Shown here: positions 8,726 to 16,588 of the stretch, piece by piece
Position numbering within the stretch: position 1 is the first letter of the stretch
How the letters are laid out: each line of letters opens with the position of its first letter
From: Octopus sinensis
Lineage: Eukaryota
Assembly: GCF_006345805.1 (NCBI RefSeq)
Contig: NW_021825156.1
Span: forward strand, 1 to 16,588
Direction: 5' to 3'
DNA: 16,588 bases
Translations under genes and position numbers: made by a program
The notes under the pieces: generated by a model
What the model was told of the DNA's origin: nothing
Seen by the model: the letters and a program-made list of their open reading frames with translations, nothing else
Databases searched by the model: none

Positions 8726-9628
8726 CAGAAACAAAATGAATAGTTCTGTACATAGAATCAATGAAAAACATAAATCGGCCAACATCCAAGAATATATCTC
8801 AGAAAAAAAAAATAGAAACGGAAAAATACAATTCTAAGTCCAGAACACAACTGAAATAGCAATGTGACGATGAAAGGAAACAGAGATAACTTCAAACGTA
8901 ACAGAGTAAACACTACATAAAAACATCAACAATAACAACTACAACAACAACAACAACAAGACAATTCAGTATTAAAGCAAATAAACACGGAAATAAAAAA
9001 AGGAGAATATAAACAAAGAGAAGCAAAGGACTGGAAAATACTTGTATCCAACATAAATCATGAAACTAGAAATAAAATTAATTAGTAGAATTAACAACGA
9101 CTATGCTAACACTACATCATATATATGGCACTTGGGTTTTTTCTTATCAAAGTCAGTCATTAACACTAAAATACAAAGACAGGCAAACACGAAGTGCTCG
9201 AGTATTCCACACAAACCCTAGCTTTCGCTTCATTCTGTATCGAAACGTCAGAAAAAATATCAAAAATATGTTACACAACTGAAATATTTCTAACACTGAT
9301 CAACGTTTATATAGTCAGTATCAAATACCAAAACTTTGGAAATTATAGAAATATAGCATTTTTTTTTTTTTTAAGAAAAAATTGCAAAAATCTAATCGTA
9401 AAAGTAATAGGCTATAAATGTCAATAAACATCTCAGTACATACTTTCAACTTTAATAGAATAATTTCTTCTCGGAACTATCATTTAAAACATTGCTCTTT
9501 CGAAATTACAACATGTTTCTTAAACGCGACACTCAGCAACCATATAAGTCAAAAATCTTATACAACCATTACAGAGCAAATTTGTCAGATATAATCCAAC
9601 AGGCAACAATCTAAATTAGCAGCCACAC

Positions 9629-9665
9629 CAGTGGTTCTCAACGGGGGTCCGTATAAGATTTTGTG
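9629..9665 (+). mobile_element. Isolated hAT-like left terminus
   Basis: cagtggttctcaac resembles the TIR of the 7593-7811 MITE; no matching right TIR seen. Confidence 0.4.
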
Positions 9666-9756
9666 TCAAAAATTTATGAGCAATAAACTGGATATGTATT
9701 TAAAATAGAGCAATGATTTTAACAATCTCTTTAAATACAGTCACTTACAATATTTG

Positions 9757-9816
<60 letters not shown>
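9757..9816. repeat. (AAT)n microsatellite
   Basis: Direct reading. Confidence 0.95.
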
Positions 9817-9819
<3 letters not shown>

Positions 9820-10002
9820 CCCTGATGCAGTACCAGGCAGTGGCTATGCCCTGATGCAGTACCAGGCAGTGGCAATGCCCTGATGCAGTACCAGGCAGTG
9901 GCTATGCCCTGATGCAGTACCAGGCAGTGGCTCTCAATGCCCTGATGCAGTACCAGGCAGTGGCTCTCAATGCCCTGATGCAGTACCAGGCAGTGACTCT
10001 CA
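9817..10002. repeat. Six tandem copies (29,29,29,33,33,33 nt) of the terminus of the adjacent 550-bp element
   Basis: Unit atgccctgatgcagtaccaggcagtggc(t/a)[ctca] starts at 9817, 9846, 9875, 9904, 9937, 9970; a seventh start at 10003 continues into the element body. Confidence 0.95.
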
Positions 10003-10556
10003 ATGCCCTGATGCAGTACCAGGCAGTGGCTCTCATGGCTTCTGATCTTAACTGATTGGAAGTGTTATCATGTACATTGTTTTGTCTTGGTATAAAAGAT
10101 GGGCTACAGCAAATATTCTGCTCAATACCACAGATTTGCTTGTCAGTTGTTTGACCTTAACCAGTTGAGCATGTCCCTTAGTGGCTGACGATATGTGCAT
10201 CTCTGATCACGAGCAGAAGTAGTGGGGGAGCATCATAGCCATGTGTTGAGAGGGATGCTTTGGGGTTTGAATAGTTCACCTCTGGAAACATGGGTGGTTC
10301 TTTCAACATCCTTAACAACCCTTATTCGGGGACCGTTTGAGCGGGATGGGCTACTCAACCTGAGAAAATTCAAACTGGGCCCCACCTGCAAGGTCATGTG
10401 CTGTTTATCTTGATATGAGATCACCATGTCGCGCACATATGGTTGTGATGCATGTGCCTGGTGTACCTTTATCAGACGGGTAGTCATGATGGGTATATTG
10501 GGCTTCGTATATTTTACCCCAGTGTCACTTTGATGGCATGAACTGCTCTCTCACTC
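10003..10556. mobile_element. ~550-bp non-coding interspersed element embedded in (AAT)n, copy 1 (class unknown)
   Basis: Colinear with 10648-11200; both have identical ends (gccctgatgca... and ...ctctctcactc) and (AAT)n on both sides. No TIR, tRNA head or recognisable ORF. Confidence 0.8.
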
Positions 10557-10569
10557 AATAATAATAATA

Positions 10570-10611
<42 letters not shown>

Positions 10612-10647
10612 TAATAATAATAATGATGATGATGATGATGATAATAA
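10557..10647. repeat. (AAT)n/(GAT)n microsatellite between the two element copies
   Basis: Direct reading. Confidence 0.95.
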
Positions 10648-11200
10648 ACGCCCTGATGCACTACCGGGCAGTGGCTCTCATGGCTTCTGATCTTAACTGA
10701 TTGGAAGTGTTATCAGGTACATTGTTTTGTCTTGGTATAAAAGATGGGCTACAGCAAATATTCTGCTCAATACCACAGATTTGCTTGTCAGTTGTTTGAC
10801 CGTAACCAGTTGAGCATGTCCCTTAGTGGCTGACGATATGTGCATCTCTGATCATGAGCAGTAGCGGGAGAGCATCATGGCCGTGTGTTGAAATGAATTC
10901 TTGGGGGTTTGGATAATTCACCTTCGGAAACATGAGTGTTTCGTTCAACATCCTTAAACAACCCGTATTCAGGGACCTTTTGAGCGGGATGGGCTACTCG
11001 ACCAGAAGAAAATTCTGACTGGGCCCCACCTGCAAGATTATGCGTTGTTTATCTTGATATGCGATCACCATGTCGCGCACATATGGTTGTGATGCACGTA
11101 CCTAGTGTAACCTTATCAGACGGGTAGTCATGATGGGTATATTGGGCTTCGTACATTTTACCCCAGTGTCACTTTGATGGCATGCACTGCTCTCTCACTC
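10648..11200. mobile_element. ~550-bp (AAT)n-embedded element, copy 2
   Basis: Same orientation and ends as copy 1; followed by aataataat. Confidence 0.8.
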
Positions 11201-11260
11201 AATAATAATTATTATTATTGCAAAATACAGTGCAGTCTTCTCACCTACTTACATCAACAG

Positions 11261-11482
11261 AGATAGATAGATAGATAGATAGATATAGATATAGAGAGAG
11301 ATAGATACATACATACATACATGCATACTTACATACATACATATCTCTATATACATACACATATATACATATCTTTATAAATAAATATATAAATATATAT
11401 ATATATACATACATACGTGTGTGTGGTGTGTGTGTGGTGTGTGTGTGTGTGTGTGTGTGAGTGAGTGTGTGTGTGTGTGTGT
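11261..11482. repeat. Compound microsatellite (AGAT)n/(TACA)n/(TA)n/(TG)n
   Basis: Direct reading. Confidence 0.9.
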
Positions 11483-11934
11483 GGCTTGTACTGGTGTTCT
11501 TGCTTCTGTGGAAACAAACGGCAAGTGCGTCATGCAGTAGGTGGATAATGGTAAAAATAAGCAATAGTTTCAAAAGTCAAACATCTGTGTGTTTTTTTTT
11601 TGTTTTTGCTTTTGTTTTTTTCAATAATTAGAAAAATTAAAACCTATAGTTACGTGGTGGGTTATTTATCGCTCCGTGCCTATGTGTTCAGTCCTGGCAA
11701 CCTACTGAAGAAGCAGCGCCAGATATAGACTGAAATTATCTTATTTCAGTCTGTATTTAAGTCTGCAGAAACCTTGCAGAGTCTAGGGTTAAGGTAAAAG
11801 TTTTTATTTTCCAATCACTATCGGAATTACAACAATTGGTGGCTTGGAGTTTAACTGCTCTTTCTAGCGAGTCAGATATCCTATTCTTCAGGTATCTCTT
11901 TTGTGTTTGAACGTACACTGTATTCTTCTCGATA

Positions 11935-11941
11935 TAATATA

Positions 11942-11997
<56 letters not shown>

Positions 11998-11999
11998 GT
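11935..11999. repeat. (TA)n microsatellite
   Basis: Direct reading. Confidence 0.9.
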
Positions 12000-12225
12000 G
12001 CATTTGTGTGTGTGTGTGTGTGTGTGTCTTTGTGTCTGCGTTTATCCCCACCACCGCTTGACAACCGATGTTGGCATGTTTACGTCCCCGTAACATAGCA
12101 GTTCGGCAAAAGATTAAGTAACAGGCTTCACATTTATGTACAATGGTCGGTTCCTTCAATTAAAATTTTATCAAAGTGATGCCCCAGTATGGCCGCAGTC
12201 TAATGACTGAAAACAGGAAAAAAGA
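12000..12225 (+). mobile_element. SINE-B 3' half starting at its internal (TG)n
   Basis: gcttgacaaccgatgttggcatgtttacgtccccgtaacatagcagttcggcaaaaga...tatggccgcagtctaatgactgaaaacagg is the reverse complement of 4215-4400 with some divergence. Confidence 0.8.
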
Positions 12226-13295
12226 TTTAAAAAATAAAATACAAGCAACGTAGTAGTCACGGATGGCAGGCATTTGCTTGTATGTTTGCTCTGTCAGTAA
12301 CAAAACAAGCCTAAGAAAGCAATGCAACAAATCAAAACACAGACGTATTATCATAATTTTGGTTAATCTGCATTGACCCGGGACTAAACACTTCAACAAC
12401 AACATCGACAACAAGCCTACAGAGAGGACTTAATAGAAGAGAAGAGAATTCTTCATAGTCAGACAACCATATTACATGGCGTATATTAAACGATGCTTAG
12501 TTGCGAAACGCCAAATGGATTTCAGCTCATCAAGAGAATTCTTATAATAGATGGAACACTGGATGTGTGAAACAGCTAAACGATCGACTATTGATCTGTT
12601 CGATCAGGACTATCCCGATCAGTACTAAAAGAAACTAATCTGTTTGGAAAGATATTCCACGCCAACGAATTTGATGATTTTCGAAAGAGAGTTGGAATCA
12701 TCAAAGCCCCGTTATGGTCGATGCAGTTTCTTTCATTTCGACTTTTAATTCCCAGCATTCATTCGCAGTAACTCTAAATATGCTTGAATTTACCGAACTT
12801 ATTAATTTACACGCTTGTGTGGTTTCTTTGGTGAAGCTTTCATGTACGCCCAGCATTGTATGTCTAATGGAATTTAATATTCAGTATAGAGCAGTGATAA
12901 CTAAAGACTGTATAAAAATACTGCGGCATATCGCATGATTATATTACATTCAAAATCATGGTCTTTCATAAATAAATTTTCTGCTTACCTTTTCTCTTTT
13001 CTCTTTTCGCTTCTAACTTGGGTTCCTCGACCAGAATTTCTTTTCCAATGCGTTAAAATTAAACAACTTTAGCAGGATTCGAAAATGTTGATTTCTTGCT
13101 TTGTATAGTGGGGTTTTTTTTTGTTTGTTTGTTGTTTTTTTGTTTATTAAATAATTTTTCTTGTCAGATGCAAATCATAACTTATTATATACTGCTTGTC
13201 TGTTTTTGTTTTCTAATTTACAAGTAATTATATTATCGTTGAATGCTAATTGTTTCAAAACTAATACACACTTCCATCCATATTATATATCATCC

Positions 13296-13296
<1 letters not shown>

Positions 13297-13344
<48 letters not shown>

Positions 13345-13467
13345 TGTGTGTGTGTGACAGCGTGTTTATGTATTCGTATGTTTGTGTGTCCGCGTGAATA
13401 TATATATATAATATATATATATATATACTGACACAAACACACACACACACACACTCACACACACACG

Positions 13468-13498
<31 letters not shown>

Positions 13499-13818
13499 GT
13501 ATGTATATACATAGATACATACACACATATAACAATACGCACATATACATAACTGTATGCATATATCTATATATATACGTATGTGTGTGTGTATATATAT
13601 ATATATACATATATATATATACAGCTATACGCACATATCCATAATTATATATGTATATAGTTATGTGTATGCATATATCTATCTGTAAATATATGTGTAT
13701 GTTTATATATACATGTGTATATATGTATATACACGTATATATATATATATATATACCTATGCATACACACATATATATGTGTGCATGTGTTGTGTGTGTG
13801 TATGTTGGTGTGTGTTTC

Positions 13819-13867
<49 letters not shown>

Positions 13868-13900
13868 CTGTGTATCTGTGTGTGCGTGCATGTGTAGCGG
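13297..13900. repeat. Compound microsatellite field (TG)n/(TA)n/(CA)n/(TG)n
   Basis: Direct reading. Confidence 0.92.
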
Positions 13901-14268
13901 TATGATGTATTTCAGCTCTGGAGGCAGAAACGCATTCTCTAGAAGTAAGTAATCTCTGATTAGTTAAGAAGAAGAGGGGAAAAAATTGAACAAAAGCAGA
14001 AATATTAGTAATCAGAAAATGCCTGTGTTTCAAAAAAAAATCTGACTAGTCTCATACTTTGTATGTTTTATTAAATTTCTGAATAAAATGTTGGTTAATT
14101 TAGAATTATTGTTGTATAAGTAATAATTAAATAAGAAAAACCAACAACAAAGAAAGAAATTAATACACTAATTAGTTTATTTTCCATATGAATATTTTCT
14201 GGAGAAACACTCGAAATATAGAGTAAAACGCATCGTCTTTAATTAGCAGTGAGATTATTTTACTGGAA

Positions 14269-14371
14269 ATTATATATATATATATATATACTATATATAT
14301 ATAATATATGTATGTGTGTGGTGTGTGTTATATATATATATATACATACATACATACATACATATATATAG

Positions 14372-14430
<59 letters not shown>
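14269..14430. repeat. (TA)n-dominated microsatellite
   Basis: Direct reading. Confidence 0.95.
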
Positions 14431-14434
<4 letters not shown>

Positions 14435-14629
14435 ACAGGTTTTGTTGAATTTTCTGCTGCTTTAAATAAAGTCGATATATATATATATATATATAATATA
14501 TATACTTTATTTAAAGCAGCAGAAAATCAACAAAACCTGTTACTCTGAGTTCCCGTTGCACCTCATCGACAGTTTTCTAGCAAAAACTGTCCGATGAACG
14601 GCAACGGGAAACTCAGAGTAACAGGTTTG
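14431..14629. mobile_element. Inverted arrangement of Penelope-like terminal-repeat (pLTR-like) segments forming two overlapping hairpins
   Basis: 14431-14472 is the reverse complement of 14504-14544 (one indel) around a 31-nt TA spacer. 14531-14576 is the reverse complement of 14582-14629 around ctagc. Hammerhead fold followed in the repeat unit by AATAAA, as in PLE termini. Confidence 0.65.
14587..14624 (+). ncRNA. Minimal type I hammerhead-ribozyme-like motif
   Basis: CUGU-CCGAUGA-ACG(GCAA)CGG-GAA-ACUCAGAGU-A-ACAG. Stem I CUGU/ACAG, GNRA-capped stem II, GAAA, quasi-palindromic stem III, GUA triplet (predicted cut after 14620). Departures: U4 to C and an A.G at the base of stem II. Confidence 0.6.
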
Positions 14630-15409
14630 TACTCTTTCGCTCCAGCTTTCTCTCACTCTTTCCTCCTGTTTCTTGTCCCCGACTTCCTATGCAACCGCTG
14701 AGCCTGGATGCGCATTCATCCATCCGTCGATGCTCTTGGTGTCGGGGGTTGACCTGCTTTCTCTTCTGCGGGTCTTACGAACAGCAAAGGACCACGTTTC
14801 GGACTTTTCCCATCTGGGACGAAGACCGTTCGCTCAACAGCAACAGCGACAACAACTCTGTCACTGCGAATAATTTCGACTTATGGAAAAGAAAATGTAT
14901 CACGATTTACTACAATGTGTATGTGTGTATGTATGTATGTATGCACAATAACTATTTGCTTACTGAGTTCGCTTGAAGTCATATGTAGTAAGTCTACTGT
15001 TGACGGTTGAACTAATAGAAATAATAATTCTATGCTTGTTTCCTAGGTTTTCTGTCATAAGTGAACGAAGGTTTATTTTAGAAAATTTCACAGATTTGTT
15101 GAATATAGGATTCTATTGACAAAATGATACAGAATTAAACTGAAACGGTCGAATCCATGGACATTAATGATGTTCCATATCGGAAAATAGCGGACGCAAA
15201 CACTAAGGGAGATGCTTTTAACAATGGATAAATACATTCAGTGTAACGAGAGTAAGAAAAAACAAAGATAAATAATCGCGGGAGACGATGACAGGGAACA
15301 AAGCGAAACAGATTTTAATCCGATAGCAACGGTCAGATCGATGATCGCTAACAATTTTGAAACTGGTGACAGACTTGGCGAAATAAATAGGGAAAAGCAG
15401 CAAACATTT

Positions 15410-15411
<2 letters not shown>

Positions 15412-15457
<46 letters not shown>

Positions 15458-15462
15458 TCTCC
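15412..15462. repeat. (CT)n microsatellite
   Basis: Direct reading. Confidence 0.95.
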
Positions 15463-15581
15463 CTCATTCTCTCCACCTATCTATCTCCTTCCAGAGCTTT
15501 TTCTACGAAGTCTTACACTTCTACTGCTCGTAAAACAAAATTCTTTTACTCAACTTACAACACATGATGACAACTATATCC

Positions 15582-15997
15582 TATATCTTTATTACCCACA
15601 AGGGACTAAACATAGAGGGGACAAACGAGGACAGACATAGGTATTAAGTCGATTACATCGACCCCAGTGCGTAACTGGAACTTAATTTGTCGATCCCGAA
15701 AAGATGAAAGGCAAAGTCGACCTCGGCGTAATTTGATCTCAGAACGTAGCGGCAGACGAAATACCTATTTCTTTACTACCCACAAGGGGCTAAACACAGA
15801 CAGGACAAACAAGGACAGACAAGCGGATTAAGTCGATTACATCGACCCCAGTGCGTAACTGATACTTGATTTATCAACCCCGAAAGGATGAAAGGCAAAG
15901 TCGACCTCGGCGGAATTTGAACTCAGAACGTAGCGGCAGACGAAATACGGCTACGCATTTCGCCCGGCGTGCAGACGCTTCTGCCAGCTCGCCGCCT
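15582..15997 (-). mobile_element. SINE-A with one head and two tandem ~184-bp body units
   Basis: Units 15582-15765 and 15766-15949; head 15950-15997 (minus: aggcggcgagcTGGCAGAAGCG...). 17-bp flanking repeat with 2 mismatches at 15565-15581 and 15998-16014. Confidence 0.92.
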
Positions 15998-16577
15998 TGA
16001 TGGCAACTATTTCCATTGAAGTTACTTTTACATCGGGCGGAAGGGGTTTTCATGAATATTTTCTGTTTTGTCTTTCCTTTTTTTTTTTTCAAATAAGTTA
16101 CTGAAATCTCCTATAAAAATGATTATATCACTTCTTTAAATTTTTCCAATATAAATTCTTAAGTTTTTGGGGCCGCAATCTATCCAGTATATATTTCACT
16201 GTTTATACAAAGCGAGGAGATAAACGACGCCAAAATTCAATTTGCGCTACTTATCAATTCCAGTCATATAGGCACTGATAACTTACTTCAATCGAGCAAC
16301 TTCTTGTTACAGATTTATTACAGTCGATTATTTTCGTTGAAGTGAAAGTGAAAGTAAAAGTGAAAATAAACAAAACTACAAACAAAAACAAAAACATCAA
16401 GAAATTGAAGTGTTGTTTCTGTTTTGTTTATTTAATATATTTTATTTTATTTTATTTTATTTATATATTTAGTTTTTTTTTTTTTTTTTTTTTTGGCAGC
16501 TGTGTTTATCGTTGAAAATATATATTTTCTTAGCTGAAATATCACAAATAATATTAGTTTCCTTTGACTATGAACGA

Positions 16578-16588
16578 GACCAATCAGA
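16578..16588 (+). promoter_or_regulatory. Possible CCAAT box (NF-Y-type)
   Basis: gaCCAATcaga matches the extended NF-Y consensus; no downstream context is available. Confidence 0.2.

Noticed and set aside
9241-9249. cgaaacgtc, typical of PLE hammerhead 3' halves
   Set aside because: No upstream CUGANGA or stem II.
9817-10035. Regular ~30-nt repeats resembling a CRISPR array
   Set aside because: No unique spacers, eukaryotic context, no cas genes; the unit is the terminus of the adjacent element.
10185-10191. CUGACGA hammerhead core string in the 550-bp element
   Set aside because: No stem II followed by GAAA and NUH in register. I also could not fit an HDV-like fold at either end of the element.
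10222-10487. ORFs on both strands within the 550-bp element
   Set aside because: No RT or endonuclease motifs, and copy 2 has indels in the same region.
11705-11750. CUGAAGA...GAAA hammerhead-like string
   Set aside because: Stem II has only 2 bp and stem I does not pair.
12983-13070. Strong minus-strand donor AAG|GTAAGC and an overlapping plus-strand branch/acceptor-like signal
   Set aside because: No convincing partner splice site or recognisable peptide; such motifs occur by chance in 16 kb.
14790-14816. Third hammerhead-like string on the minus strand (CAGAUG-GGA AAAG UCC-GAAAC GUG GUC)
   Set aside because: Two core defects and no stem I pairing; at most a decayed relic.

Overview
No host protein-coding gene can be supported. 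This is AT-rich, microsatellite-dense eukaryotic non-coding DNA (intron or intergenic). From memory, with no database search, the repeats resemble families abundant in octopus/coleoid cephalopod genomes. Contents: two tRNA-derived SINE families (called A and B here, ad hoc names), a decayed mariner (DD34D) transposase 3' half, a Buster/Charlie-type hAT MITE with 8-bp TSD, a 201-bp fold-back MITE, two copies of a ~550-bp non-coding element in (AAT)n tracts, and Penelope-like (PLE) terminal-repeat fragments in (TA)n arrays. Most notable: (1) minimal type I hammerhead-ribozyme folds in the PLE-like fragments, including a sense/antisense pair in a double hairpin at 14431-14629; (2) SINE-A as one Pol III head plus 1, 2 or 3 copies of a ~185-bp body, each bounded by TSDs; (3) a 29/33-nt element terminus reiterated seven times beside an (AAT)n tract; (4) a SINE-B flanked by a ~63-70 bp direct duplication. 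All alignments and folds were done by eye. The only ORF-track entry I recognise is the mariner C-terminus (5399-5581).
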